Origin: a virus
IMG/VR virus record: IMGVR_UViG_3300027861_000011
Span: 96,001-160,000 of that record
Length of the DNA stretch: 64,000 bases
Direction: 5' to 3' (one strand)
Numbering within the stretch: the stretch's first letter is position 1; each line of letters opens with the position of its first letter. Of the stretch, positions 10,301-21,800 are shown piece after piece. A program made the position numbers and the translations under genes. A model generated the notes under the pieces. The model worked only from the letters and a program-made list of their open reading frames with translations, had not been told where the DNA came from and made no database searches.

Positions 10301-11635
10301 CCATTCCAGATTGAATGGGTAGGTCCAACAATTAGTGGAACCCTATATACAAACTCCCAATCTGGATATAATTCTATTACACAAACATTAAGTAATCTTT
10401 ATGTTGGTAGTTATAATGTAACGGTGGTAGATGATTTAGGTAATACAGCTCAGGGGGTGTTTTATGTTCCAGGTCCAGAACCTACAACATGTAATATACA
10501 ACCAACACCAGCATCTGCTAATGGTGTTTCTGATGGAACAATAAGTGTAAATATAAGTGGTGGTCAAATTCCGTTCACGATAAATATATATGAATCTGAC
10601 CCAGCTATACCAGGTGGTTTTGTTACAACTCCAACTGATACAGCTTCAATCACCTCAACTTCACATGTATTTAGTAATTTACCAGGTGATAATTATTATG
10701 TTGAGGTGATTGATTCTGGAACGCCAATAACAGAATGTAGTAATGATGTAGAAATAACAGAACCAAATGCTTTAATTGTAAGTATTAGTGGTAGTTCATC
10801 ACCATGTTACGGTGAGAATGCTGGTACTGCGACTTCATCAGTAAACGGTGGTACTACACCATATACAGTAGAATGGACAGATTCAAATAATAATAATGTT
10901 AGTAGTAATTTTACTGCTAGTAATTTAGGACCAGGCACTTATACTGCCTCAGTTACTGACTCTAGTAATCAAACTGGTGGAGGAACTTGGGTTGTAACCG
11001 AACCAGGAGACTTGACGTTTACTACTGGTTCTGATGATGTCACCTGTTTTAATCAAAATGATGGTATAATAGGTATTGGTTCCGTATTTTCAGATAATAC
11101 TGTTGAAATTACTGTTGAGGGTGGTGGTACTAACACTTACCAGGTAAATTCACCTGGTACTGGTAGCGACCACCTTTTTTATAATTTAATTGCTGACACT
11201 TACCAAATTAAACTTAGAGATATTATAACTGAATGTGAAAAGATAACTTCTTTAGTAATTAATGAACCAACATCTGAACTGACCGTTAGTATTATAGAGA
11301 CAGTTAACTCATTAACCGCTACAATAGTTGGTGGTTGGGGAAATGAACCAGGTGGTGAATATATTACAGAATGGCAAGTAAGTAATACCCAATATGGAAG
11401 TTATAGCGCACCAAATCTAAATATGTTAGACCCCTCTGTTTCAGCTTCCATAGCTGGGGAAGATGTGCCCCCTTATAGTAATAAAGTAAATTTAAGTCCT
11501 ACCGCTTACGTTCCAGTCGTCTTCCCCAAATGGTGGAGACTTAAAGTAACTGCAAAAAATCAAACTCACGAGACTAATGAGGGATGTACTAAATATAGTA
11601 GTCCAGTTGAACTAGTTGGAGCTTATGTTCCATAA
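7328..11635 (+). CDS. Large baseplate/tail-associated protein with central hydrophobic segment and C-terminal SprB-like repeats
   Basis: GRVIVNNGVGVPNAKVSIF (carboxypeptidase-regulatory-like) N-domain; hydrophobic stretch at 8690-8870; repeated G.I.+.+.GG..P+.+.W..NL..G.Y.V.V.D units. Confidence 0.7.
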   Translation: MSDNIRIRTTPGDGIKSVNININQKFDFIEILSLKISQDEAYRSFCSDYGAVVGRVIVNNGVGVPNAKVSIFIPIDDNDAIDPEILGLYPFEVVTGKDYNGIGYNLLPRNARGKGDCFTPIGTFPSKREIQDNPEVSYIYCKYYKYSTTTNNSGDFMLFGVPVGPNFLHCDVDLSDIGILSQKPYELINDGASENSFASPTEFRSRDETVNLNQLKTISPISVDVVPFWGDKEQCQVGISRVDVDLKTQIISTAIFMGSIFSDTENASINKRCRPKKAMGNQAKLVAGPGTIEMIRKSSTGQISRYDINGGQNIDDDGTWSYLVPMNLDYKVTSEDGTMIPSDDPTIGIATRANVRFRISMGSNGAEGKLRSRAKYLVPNNPEHQNDVDYNFDGSTKPESFVDFYWNKIYTVKNYIARVQPNKSVENRNFIGIKDVDEGANSPFPFNRMDNSVNPIIGVLCLMFSIFSMIICAINSVLINILNLVLLILNVVLGIICVVLAAISVLVCGLAHLFSEAKRKSCRCRLCLGQPCTNGDCFGACLDGILPYIPYISVSCPGDPDGMNYAPCGFKLPGSWQATEDLSQQNNGTSFHYPFDGHPGHDNPTAGWIDCMMLGLMEAWNAFKFDFYNDWVNGTLYSFLFKVKKRKKGKGKMRFCDTDCEDNILGVDNNEDGQADTTCRKNYVLDSCTKVQPDSYTDSSGDKKGVNTKTYYQLREGYIKLYKGEFYYSAISKKTGVRLFATDIVNLGSMVDCDWQGIPKFQQYLIDTTHNKPPLLAEYDGDVVPTDPANIDVTGYDTKLPGGTGDDKLIGNVWCIIMHASMGTTPQTCINVRRFSELGVGLDENRSEDIPGDYVDNKITNNDVDNAFVRGAFLNANTPTSTSIPLVYFDGMTPPANYPTNNFGYDDEINYSEFRDRKIVKNLKEHENSFYFYFGLKPGKTALTKMNNQYFTECIPFDDRDFFITGTIDTPDNEDPLGQGQLTIEMINGKPPFQIEWVGPTISGTLYTNSQSGYNSITQTLSNLYVGSYNVTVVDDLGNTAQGVFYVPGPEPTTCNIQPTPASANGVSDGTISVNISGGQIPFTINIYESDPAIPGGFVTTPTDTASITSTSHVFSNLPGDNYYVEVIDSGTPITECSNDVEITEPNALIVSISGSSSPCYGENAGTATSSVNGGTTPYTVEWTDSNNNNVSSNFTASNLGPGTYTASVTDSSNQTGGGTWVVTEPGDLTFTTGSDDVTCFNQNDGIIGIGSVFSDNTVEITVEGGGTNTYQVNSPGTGSDHLFYNLIADTYQIKLRDIITECEKITSLVINEPTSELTVSIIETVNSLTATIVGGWGNEPGGEYITEWQVSNTQYGSYSAPNLNMLDPSVSASIAGEDVPPYSNKVNLSPTAYVPVVFPKWWRLKVTAKNQTHETNEGCTKYSSPVELVGAYVP

Positions 11636-11642
11636 TAAAAAT

Positions 11643-13364
11643 ATGAAAAGGTTAAAACATAAATTAAATGAATTTAAATCAAAATCTGACGTAAATAAAG
11701 AAATTTTTACTAAGGTTGATTTTTTTGGTGAACAAATGCTTTTACCACCAGGAGAGATTAATCATATAGTAGACGTTGGTAAAGAATTCGAAAAGGAACG
11801 TAAGGAATCAAGTATTTATAGGATTAAAGGTACGATAACACCCCTATTCAGTAATCCATTAATGAATATGAACACAGACCCAGAACCAACAGGCATCTTT
11901 GGTTCAAGTTTTATTTCTAATTCTGGAAATGGTTTAGATATTTTTAATAATGACTTATTTAAATTAGACCCAAATGATAATGACTTTGTTGGTAAACCAA
12001 CCCTAACATATGCAGAATCTTATGAAAATAAATTAGCTGAATCTGACGGTTGGTTCGGATTTTATGAACCAGACATAACCAAGTTAGGTATATGTAGATT
12101 TTATGATATCGAACCAACTAGAGAAAGATTCGATTTAAGCTCATATAAAGAAAAGAATTGGGATATAACCATCACATACCCACACAGAAAAAATAATACC
12201 CATACGATAGTCCAAGATGGGTTATTAGTTATAGGTTCTGTTGAGGTCGAAGTTGGAGGTGTACCTATGACAGCAATTGCGACCTCAACATATCACGGTT
12301 TAAATAATGGTGATAAAGTCAGACTTACCAATATGCCAAATATACCTTATAATGGTGAATTCACAGTAGTTAGACGTGGATTAGATAATGGTGATTTAAA
12401 AGATAATTACTTTGTAATAAGACTTGACCCTTCAGTAGTTCCAATTGGTCCTTTGACTGGTAGAATGAAAAGAGTTGTAAATGGACAAGAATCTGAATAT
12501 TATATAAGGATGTTTAAAAAGTTATTAGAAATAGATGGGGATTATGAGATGTACCAATTAGCATTTAGTATTAATGTATTTAATGACCCTAATTATCAAT
12601 TTATAATTAATGAAGATATAGATATTGAGGGGTTAGTTGATAATTTAGGTAGACCACTTAGTGAGTTATATCTTACACTTATTAAAACTGATAGTGGTGG
12701 GGTTTTCCATAAGACTCAATCTGGATTTGATTTAGAATTTATTGCTGGAAATATTATTAATGATGTCTCAAATTCTAGACAAATAACATATGATACATCT
12801 ACCACACAAACACCACTAGAAAATAATATTATACCTGGTCCTGGTACGACTGAATTTTACGGTGATATTGTGGAGTATAATAAATTTGAATTAAGAGAAA
12901 AAATACTTTCAGACGTACTACATAGATTCAACACAACCAATAGAGAGATTAATTACACTAATGGTCTTGCAGATGGACCTAGAAGAGAAGGGTATTTATA
13001 CAACCCACATCATATAATTAAAATAAGAGAATTTTCATTATATATAGAACAAGGTGATATAAATACTATAGGTATTCCAGATTACGCTGAAGATTTAGGT
13101 GATGGTAGATGGCTTTGGAGAGATTTATTAGATATTGGTATATATGACGGAGAAGGTGACTTTTTAGATTACCCATTTACGAATGGGGTTCATTATTTGC
13201 ACCAAAATTATTGTTTTAAAACAATGAGGCAAGACCCATTTACATCATATGACCTATATTATGGTGGGTCATCATTAAGTGACCCCACATTTAACCCACG
13301 AGACCCAATAGGGGACCCAATAACGGATAGGTTTACAGTAAAACGAAGCGATAATGTTTGTTAA
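11643..13364 (+). CDS. Putative tail/baseplate structural protein
   Basis: Long ORF in the structural operon; HGL..GD.V...NG.+.V beta motif seen in phage tail proteins; ATG at 11643 preferred over TTG at 11616. Confidence 0.55.
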   Translation: MKRLKHKLNEFKSKSDVNKEIFTKVDFFGEQMLLPPGEINHIVDVGKEFEKERKESSIYRIKGTITPLFSNPLMNMNTDPEPTGIFGSSFISNSGNGLDIFNNDLFKLDPNDNDFVGKPTLTYAESYENKLAESDGWFGFYEPDITKLGICRFYDIEPTRERFDLSSYKEKNWDITITYPHRKNNTHTIVQDGLLVIGSVEVEVGGVPMTAIATSTYHGLNNGDKVRLTNMPNIPYNGEFTVVRRGLDNGDLKDNYFVIRLDPSVVPIGPLTGRMKRVVNGQESEYYIRMFKKLLEIDGDYEMYQLAFSINVFNDPNYQFIINEDIDIEGLVDNLGRPLSELYLTLIKTDSGGVFHKTQSGFDLEFIAGNIINDVSNSRQITYDTSTTQTPLENNIIPGPGTTEFYGDIVEYNKFELREKILSDVLHRFNTTNREINYTNGLADGPRREGYLYNPHHIIKIREFSLYIEQGDINTIGIPDYAEDLGDGRWLWRDLLDIGIYDGEGDFLDYPFTNGVHYLHQNYCFKTMRQDPFTSYDLYYGGSSLSDPTFNPRDPIGDPITDRFTVKRSDNVC

Positions 13365-14172
13365 TAATTATAAAATAAGAAGACCACATTTAAGTGGTAC
13401 AACTGAGATAAGTATTAATGTTCCATTTGGTCAAACACCATGGTTAGTTGACCAAACGGATATTATTAACAATAAATTTGTGAATGTTGAGGTTGAGAAT
13501 TCTATTAACCCTATACTTGATTATGAAAATGTTAGGTTTGTACCCATCATTACTATCAACAATAGTAACATACCTTGCGATACTGTTAACTATAAGTTAA
13601 ACATGTTAAGTAATGGTAGTTACCCATCTAACACCTATTGGAGTGATGTTGACTTTACACTTAATGACCTTGCATTAAAGAAAAATTCATATGTTAAAAC
13701 ATTTTTAAGGTTAGATTTTTATGACACTGATATCGGGACAAATCAAAGACTTTTATTTTTTAAAACTATTTTTCCAGAAATAGTAAATCTACCAAACCCC
13801 ACTATCTTTAATTTGTCATTTAATACGGGTAATACTCTTATAGATAGAAATTTAAGAGGTGAAGGATTTTTCCTTTATTATTTTAAAGAAGATGTACTAC
13901 CTACAGTACCTAAATATTTATATATGAAAGCTACATTTCTTAATGCTAAAAATGGTTCACAAACAAGCTTTATGTCATCAAACATAACGAATAACCCAAT
14001 TGATGAATTAGTTCAAGAAGGTAGTGGTTTATTATATACTAGATATATATTAAAGAGAGAAGTTGAAGGGTATTATTATGAGATTGATGACACCTACTCA
14101 CAGAACATAACTAAATTAACTAGTAGTGAAATTAATTATACAGTTAATTTATATGAAATAAGTGTATTATAA
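13354..14172 (+). CDS. Hypothetical structural protein
   Basis: 272-aa ORF overlapping its neighbours within the baseplate operon. Confidence 0.5.
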   Translation: MFVNNYKIRRPHLSGTTEISINVPFGQTPWLVDQTDIINNKFVNVEVENSINPILDYENVRFVPIITINNSNIPCDTVNYKLNMLSNGSYPSNTYWSDVDFTLNDLALKKNSYVKTFLRLDFYDTDIGTNQRLLFFKTIFPEIVNLPNPTIFNLSFNTGNTLIDRNLRGEGFFLYYFKEDVLPTVPKYLYMKATFLNAKNGSQTSFMSSNITNNPIDELVQEGSGLLYTRYILKREVEGYYYEIDDTYSQNITKLTSSEINYTVNLYEISVL

Positions 14173-15035
14173 TGGAGATAATAAAGAGAAAAATACTTTT
14201 AGAAGACTACACTAGTAGAGAGCAAGGTAGTTGGGGAGAACTAACCGCTTCAGCTTTCACTATGAATGTGTTCTTTACCCAAGATGCTGATGATATGGGT
14301 ATTTCAACAAACCTACCTTTCATAGCTAAAGATGGTACGTTACCAACATATCAACCACTACTTGATAAATTAAATTCTTCTGGATATTCATTTAATTTCA
14401 TGGCTGGTGCCACAACAAACATAATTGAAGATGGTACTTCACCAAACACAAGATATCCAGGTAAACTTAAGAATGCTTATTTTATAAATGGAATAAGGGT
14501 AACTGGTCTTACAGAAGATAAACTTTTTACGGTACAATCATATAATAATACAATGCCATATATCCCACTATTTAATATTACTGAAGGGAGTTATTTAGAT
14601 TTTGAGGGTAATCCTTACCAGGGCGGTACAAGAGTAATACAAAATAGTAATGAAAACCCGATATCTTATATTATTGATGGTGATGTTACTGAAATTATTA
14701 ATCTTAATAACCCATATCCAGATTTAGGTATTTTATATAAGAGCTATAGTGGTTTAACAAGAACGGATTATCTGTATGCATTAAACGGGTCTATGCCAAT
14801 AACTGAATTATATTACAAATCTCAAGGATTTAATAATACAAATACCATTCTATCAGCTGAAACAAAAGAGGAATATCTATTTGGTATAACCTCATCACCT
14901 ACAGTTGAAAGTGATTTATTCATTGATAGAGGTATAACCAGTGTTATTCAGAGTCATATGCAATTAGGTGAGGTAGTAACTATGAGGGAATTAATAAATT
15001 ATGGTAATGGATATTATGAAATACAAATTACTTAA
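14172..15035 (+). CDS. Hypothetical structural protein
   Basis: 287-aa ORF, stop/start coupled with the previous gene. Confidence 0.5.
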   Translation: MEIIKRKILLEDYTSREQGSWGELTASAFTMNVFFTQDADDMGISTNLPFIAKDGTLPTYQPLLDKLNSSGYSFNFMAGATTNIIEDGTSPNTRYPGKLKNAYFINGIRVTGLTEDKLFTVQSYNNTMPYIPLFNITEGSYLDFEGNPYQGGTRVIQNSNENPISYIIDGDVTEIINLNNPYPDLGILYKSYSGLTRTDYLYALNGSMPITELYYKSQGFNNTNTILSAETKEEYLFGITSSPTVESDLFIDRGITSVIQSHMQLGEVVTMRELINYGNGYYEIQIT

Positions 15036-15129
15036 TACTTATATAGAAAGAAAATTATATAAAATTATAGTATTTATAAAATAAGAATTAAATATTCTAT
15101 AACAATAAAAGAATTAAAAAGAATTAATT

Positions 15130-16041
15130 ATGGCAAGTGGAACATACGGTACAGTAAGACCAGCAGATTTATCACCAAGTGATGTTGAGATAACAGTGTT
15201 TTATTCACAAAATAGAGAAACTGAGAACACAAATGTATTTAAATTACCTTCATCTAATTTAACTTCAATTAACAACCCATCTAATACTAACGGATTTGAG
15301 ACGTTTGGTGGTCTTTATACTCTTAGATTACCCATTACTGATTTTAGTTCTAAAGGAATTTACACTATTGTATTTAAACCACTTGAGATAAGAACTAAGG
15401 TCATTGATTGCGGTGTATTAGCTGCATATCCAGATATTAAGGGAATTCTTTTCGATACTTCAGACCCAGGACTAGCCACTGTTGCGGATAAATTCGAAAA
15501 TAATAACCTTACAGGGTATAGAGTAGAGTATTTAGATACTAATAGTGGGGCCATTGACAAAAAGATGAAAAATCTTTTTAGACTTATCACATCTAACAAT
15601 AGAGCTGAACCAGTTAGTCAAAATCTTACAAATACAAATCAAAAAGCTATTAGATATAGATTTAACGATAATTCTACACTTGTGTTTTGTACAATGACAC
15701 CATCATCATCTACTAATGTTAAACCAAACGTTTTACCATTTATTGGTGTACCAAATCAAGACGTAATTATAACAAATACGCTTTTCACACCATTCGTTAT
15801 GGAGATTGAATTAGTTGAGTACGATATTGAAACACTTGCCATTGGTATGTTCGGTAATCAAGCGAAGGGTCTTGAAAATGGAGTTTACACAGTTTATAAC
15901 TTTAACTCCGATATTTATAAACAATATAATCTTTATGAGATTAAAGATAGGTTTACTGGTAAACCATTATTTGAGATTAAAGAAAACAGGAACAATAATA
16001 TTGACTTTTCACAAAATTTTAATGACATATCAAACGTATAA
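15130..16041 (+). CDS. Hypothetical structural protein
   Basis: 303-aa ORF preceded by TATTTATA motif at 15071. Confidence 0.5.
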   Translation: MASGTYGTVRPADLSPSDVEITVFYSQNRETENTNVFKLPSSNLTSINNPSNTNGFETFGGLYTLRLPITDFSSKGIYTIVFKPLEIRTKVIDCGVLAAYPDIKGILFDTSDPGLATVADKFENNNLTGYRVEYLDTNSGAIDKKMKNLFRLITSNNRAEPVSQNLTNTNQKAIRYRFNDNSTLVFCTMTPSSSTNVKPNVLPFIGVPNQDVIITNTLFTPFVMEIELVEYDIETLAIGMFGNQAKGLENGVYTVYNFNSDIYKQYNLYEIKDRFTGKPLFEIKENRNNNIDFSQNFNDISNV

Positions 16042-16044
16042 TAA

Positions 16045-18786
16045 ATGGCTGAAAGTAATAAAATAAAGGTAATAGGTTATGCACAAAGAGTATTCTATAA
16101 CGATGGTATCGAGTATAGAAATTTTAGTGATGATTTAGTAGGTAATCAACAGACTAATAATGGAGATGGTGGTAGCTCTGTTTTTACCTTTGGTAATTTT
16201 GTTACAACAACAAATTACGAAGGAAAAGTAAGTAGATTATATAGTACTAAAAAATTCGGTGATTTTTATTGTCTTGAAAACATGGAGCTAAATCTAGAAA
16301 GGGCTCAGTTGTTACTTAATAATAATGTTAATGTAACATTAAACTTAGATAATACTAACTTATGTAATTTTGCTTATTTTGGTTCATCTACTGAATTCGT
16401 TAGAGTTAGTCTTGAAAATATAATTACTAATTGGCCAGCATCACTTTATCTAACCCCTACTAGAGAAACAGATTTAAATACTCTTGTTGGTGATACCGTA
16501 ATAGATTATTCTTACGACAATAACTTTAATAAAGGAACATTCAAAGTTGATACGGATTTTATTGATAATAAGTTCGACATTAATTATAAAAAAAATGGTG
16601 AAATAATTGATACATTTAATGAGGGTAATGATTTAAGAAACCTTACAGTTAATTTTAGTAATTATGTTATATTATTTAATGAAACAGAATACCCAATAAT
16701 TGGGTTCACTGCATCTACATACGAAAGAAATGATTTCATAAGCTTTGAAGTTATTGGTAATCCATTTACAAATATTAATAGTGGCTCAACTAAATCAATT
16801 TATCACATTAAACCCAAGAAGGAATTAGAAGAACAATTCTTCAATTCACTTGCCCCATTTGAAAATAACCTTTTAAGTAGACTTACTTCTCCTAAGTATA
16901 CCTCTAAGTACGAATATAAACAAGAATCTGATAGTGGAGTAATTAATAATAAACGACAAGTACTTACCTGGCCAGTTACCGATGGTTATAATATTGATTT
17001 CGATACTACTAATTACATTACCTACGTTACATCTTTACTTGATATAACTACAGCAAAGGATGGGACTGAAACTGACCTTATAACTAGATTCCTTACATCT
17101 GAATCTATATCCGATTTTGATACAGTACCAATATGTGATGGAACAGAAGAAGAACATGCTGGACAGAAAATGAATAAAACTCTTAAGATTTATGGTAGGG
17201 AGTTTGATGAAATTAAAAAATACATTGATGGTATCTCATTTGCTAATGTAGTATCTTACGATAAGAAGGAAAACACACCAGACCAACTAGTTAAATACTT
17301 AGCTAGAATACTAGGTTGGGGGTTAACATCATCAATAGTTGATAATGGACTTATTAGCACATATTTAAATGTTAGCTCAAGAACGTATCCAGGTTATAGT
17401 AGAGGTCTCACATCAAATGAAGCTGAAATAGAGCTTTGGAGAAGGCTTATCCTTAATTCTGCGTGGATTTGGAAGTCTAAAGGTACTAGGAAGTCTATTG
17501 AGTTCTTTTTTAACCTTATAGGGACTCCAGATGGTCTTATTAACTTCCAGGAATATGTTTATGTGGCTGATGAACCTATTGATATGGATTTATTCTATAG
17601 TGTTTTAGAATATAATCAACTTAAAGATGATTTAAATCTTTATAATGTGGATTCTGACGGATACCCTAAGTTTTTTAGAGACACCTCAGACATGTACTTT
17701 CAAAAAGGTGGTCAATGGTATAGACAAACTGCTGGAAGTGGTGCAACACAATACGTTCTAGAAGGTAATAATCCACATGTTGGACCTTATGACGGTGGTA
17801 AAGAGTATATTGCACAATTAGAAAATATTATCCCTAATTTTAGTGCTTTTACAATTACATCAACAACTATTACTACTGGAACAACACAAATTTTCACAAA
17901 TTATAATAGTGGTTTATTCAATCAATATACTGGTGATACATATGTTGATTTACAAAACGATAATGGTATTGATTTAACGGATATTGTATCACTTAATGTT
18001 AGCATAATAGATGACCCATGCCCCATGGTCGAAAAAACAGAATGTGGATGTGATATTCCAGAAGATGATGAAGCACTTTTAATTTATGTAATTGCAGATG
18101 ATTTATCACAATTGCAATTAGGAGAAAAATGTGATGATTTATTCTCTAATTATAGTTACAACGGTAAATATGGTTTTTGGGTTTTTGATTATATATTATA
18201 CGACCAATACGGTGTCGAATCTATTAATGTTAAAAAAACACCTTTCGTATCTCAAGAATGTTGCGATACACTTGTGGGTGGACATTCATATTACGCTGAA
18301 GATTACACCAGCATTCCACCAAAAGTTGAAGGTGAAGAGTCAACGTGGGAATTATATAATTCTGGTTATTTTTGTTGTGAATCACTAGGTATAACTAAAG
18401 ATTTTAGCAAAGAAGGTTGTGGATGCTCAATATCATGTCAATGGATTTTAGCTGGGCCTAGTCTTGCTGATATGTGGATTGACACCGCAGATAACTACGC
18501 ACCTTATTTAAAGTTTATTGACCCAGCTGGAAATGAAAGAGTAGTTAATAAAGCTGATTCCTGTTTCTGTCCATTAAATTATTCAGTACCATCTATTATT
18601 ACAGACCCCTTTACTGGTGAAGAAGGTTATGGATGTAAAATGAATGATGAAGCTGTAGCGGTTATGGTAAATACCCCAGTAATTACTAATGGACTTTATC
18701 AAATATTTTTACAAAGAGCTTATGGACAGATTGATTGTAAATCAGATGTTGCACAGCCAGTCAGTGACCTAGAGAGTGGAAATTAG
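16045..18786 (+). CDS. Baseplate wedge protein with P2 gpI/T4 gp7-like segment and Cys-rich C terminus
   Basis: LWRRLILNSAWIWKSKGTRKSIE resembles the conserved KGT motif of gpI-like wedge proteins. Confidence 0.6.
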   Translation: MAESNKIKVIGYAQRVFYNDGIEYRNFSDDLVGNQQTNNGDGGSSVFTFGNFVTTTNYEGKVSRLYSTKKFGDFYCLENMELNLERAQLLLNNNVNVTLNLDNTNLCNFAYFGSSTEFVRVSLENIITNWPASLYLTPTRETDLNTLVGDTVIDYSYDNNFNKGTFKVDTDFIDNKFDINYKKNGEIIDTFNEGNDLRNLTVNFSNYVILFNETEYPIIGFTASTYERNDFISFEVIGNPFTNINSGSTKSIYHIKPKKELEEQFFNSLAPFENNLLSRLTSPKYTSKYEYKQESDSGVINNKRQVLTWPVTDGYNIDFDTTNYITYVTSLLDITTAKDGTETDLITRFLTSESISDFDTVPICDGTEEEHAGQKMNKTLKIYGREFDEIKKYIDGISFANVVSYDKKENTPDQLVKYLARILGWGLTSSIVDNGLISTYLNVSSRTYPGYSRGLTSNEAEIELWRRLILNSAWIWKSKGTRKSIEFFFNLIGTPDGLINFQEYVYVADEPIDMDLFYSVLEYNQLKDDLNLYNVDSDGYPKFFRDTSDMYFQKGGQWYRQTAGSGATQYVLEGNNPHVGPYDGGKEYIAQLENIIPNFSAFTITSTTITTGTTQIFTNYNSGLFNQYTGDTYVDLQNDNGIDLTDIVSLNVSIIDDPCPMVEKTECGCDIPEDDEALLIYVIADDLSQLQLGEKCDDLFSNYSYNGKYGFWVFDYILYDQYGVESINVKKTPFVSQECCDTLVGGHSYYAEDYTSIPPKVEGEESTWELYNSGYFCCESLGITKDFSKEGCGCSISCQWILAGPSLADMWIDTADNYAPYLKFIDPAGNERVVNKADSCFCPLNYSVPSIITDPFTGEEGYGCKMNDEAVAVMVNTPVITNGLYQIFLQRAYGQIDCKSDVAQPVSDLESGN

Positions 18787-18879
18787 TTTTTCAAGTGGAA
18801 TATGAATGATATAAATTAATAAATTATTGACTATTAAATAAAATAAACTATATTAAAATAATTATAATAAAATAAATAA

Positions 18880-21800
18880 ATGTTAGTAGATTACGGAATA
18901 GGTTGTATGACCAAACAACAATACATTGATGATGGGTTTCAAGTTTTTGAGAATCCTGATGGTACTATAAGTATATTTGACCAACATCAAAACCCGATTA
19001 CAGCTCATGAAACTACGTCATGTTGTTCAGTTTTAGGTAATGGTGTTATTGGTACAACTGATAGTTTAGGTTATTTTTTTGATATTGAAACTCAAAAGTG
19101 TAGGTGGAGTAACCCTATTGTTTCTGATGAATTATTTAGTATAATACTTAACCCTGAAGGTAATTCAAGTACTTTATTTGATGTAGAGGAAAACGAAACG
19201 TGTTGTATTGATATCTCATTCGATTATTTATTCAAGTTTGATTGTGAATCACTTAACAATGTAATAAACCCAATTCATGATAGTGGTAGTGAAAGTTTGG
19301 TTGGAACAGTAGACACATCTTCATTACAACTAGAACTTTTAACAGAGCAATTAAATTCTCAACAAACAGAATGTATTGAAATACAAAATCAAATAAATAA
19401 CTTACCCTTCGTACCCTATGTTTTATTATGTAAAGAAAATAACTTTTGTTTAACAGATGCTGGGTTAGCTGCCTGGAGATTAGAAATTGGTGACCAAGAT
19501 TACAGTCAGTGGTTAACGAATAATGGTACAAACACCAGTTTATATAGTTGTACAGATGTTGAAAATTTTGTATCCCACGAACCAAATCCAGGTGATTGGT
19601 ATAATTCACCTTGTAACTATACTATTTGGGATACTGAGATATACTATGAAACACTTTCAAGCCTTGAATCTAAGCTTGAGGAATGTGATAATAAATTGGA
19701 ATCTATTCAAGCGGAAATTGATGCTCTACCACAAGAAGTAATTAAATGTGCATCTTTAATTGATATATTTGAAACTTTTAATGTATGTTTTACTCTTGAG
19801 GTATATAATCAAACTACTGGAGCATTAGAAACTGTTTATGAGGAAACTCTTTTTAATATTGGTAGTGGTAATCTTTATGATTATATTGACGCTTCATCTG
19901 GAAATACTGGTATTATAATTAGTGGTGCCACAAGTTCAGTGTCGGGTAATAAGTCTTTACCCGAAAATCAACAAAACTCATGTGATAGGTTAATAAATAC
20001 TATGTTAAATGAGCTGTATGCGGACCAATATTTAATTGATAATGAACCCCCAGCAAGTAAATCTGAAGAAGAGGCTTTAGTAACACAACTTAAGGGGTGG
20101 TATAATTCATGTTGGTTACATTATGAACGTAAGATTTGTGACCCAGATATAATTTCGTTAATTGAAAATGAAAAAATTAATTTATCAATTTCAGTAAAAG
20201 ATTCCTGTAGTGATTTCTCAATACTTCTTGATAGAATTAAAATGTATAAGAATTGTGAGAAGGTAGATAATTTTGAAACATTTATATCTGAACCACCAAA
20301 GTTCACACTTAGGAAAGTAGCGGATAATAAAAAATCATGGCTTAGTAATACTTCTCCAGATAATAGAGATTTTGAATTAAAATATAGAGATACTGAATAT
20401 AATACCAATCACCATAGATTAGTAATAAACACAAAGGAAGTTGATTTAAATCTTTCACCAGCAAGAGCTGTTGAGCAAGATGTTTGGTGTTACATAAATG
20501 ATAATAACTGTATACTTGAGGGGTGCTTAGGTGATGATAGTTTTAGTGCTTTTACGTGTCCATCTGGATACACAATGACATCTGATGGTAATGTATGTCA
20601 AGAATTAATATTAACAGCGTCAACAAGTGCTGTTACACAATATACAGTTGGTACTGGAAATATAGTTAGAACTTCAGAAACGTTCAACTTAAGTAGAGGA
20701 ACTATATTTGTTAATAATATTGATGGTAAAGATTTACCAATATACTGGACTGGAACACCTAGCGAAAGTTGGGTTGGGCCTTACTATAATAGTGATTATT
20801 TAGTAGATTCATCTGGGCAATTTATAACTCATAGTGGATTTGGTGAAAAATATAATATTGATGGTTCATTAAAATGGTCATCACCAGAAGCGTTTAGTGG
20901 TATTCATAGTGTATTTGGTACAAATAATAATACATTTATAGGTACTACATTAAACCCCAACATATTATGGGGTGGTAGTAATAGTGGTAACTCTGGTAGA
21001 CTTAGAAAAACAGCCGTATGGGCTTCACCATCAACATTAGCGGAACAAGAATGGATTGGGTTTGCTTCATGTTTCGAACTAGAAGAAACTAAAGTTTATA
21101 GAATTGGATTTGCTGCTGATAATATGATTAGACTTAAACTTAATGGTGAATATATATTTAATAATGCAATTACACCAGAGTTTGATGAATTAACCAACGG
21201 TCAGTGGAGTCCTTCATTATCAAGAGATATACAAGCATGGCTTGTAATTGCGATAACAATTCCATCTGGTAAGAACATTATTGAAATGGAAGGGTGGAAT
21301 TCAGTATCAAATAGTGCTGTAGGTTTCGGTCTTGAAGTATACGATGCCACTGAAGAACAACTTAAAAATATGACAACTGAAAGTGAGTTAGCTTCAGTTA
21401 CGTTATTTAATACAAATGATGAAGTAGGTAATACTTTCCAATTAGGTGAAAATAGTGGTTTCTCATGCCCAACTGGATATGCTTTAGATACATGTATAAC
21501 ATCACCATATCAATGTGTTAAGATTGATAAAATTAGAAGGGATGAAATACAAGATAATTGCTGTTGTGAAGGTTTCCCAATACAAGCAATAACTTATGAT
21601 AACTCAACGGTAGAGTTACCACTTACAGGTTCAACTGGAACTACACTTGATTGTAATGAGATACAAACATTAATAAATAATTTTAACGGTACAACGATAT
21701 TTGAATCAATTAAAACACGTAAATGTGGTAATATAAACTCTATAGGTGCACCTATTAATACTAAAATATGTGATATAAATGGTCTTTCTTATACTAATAT

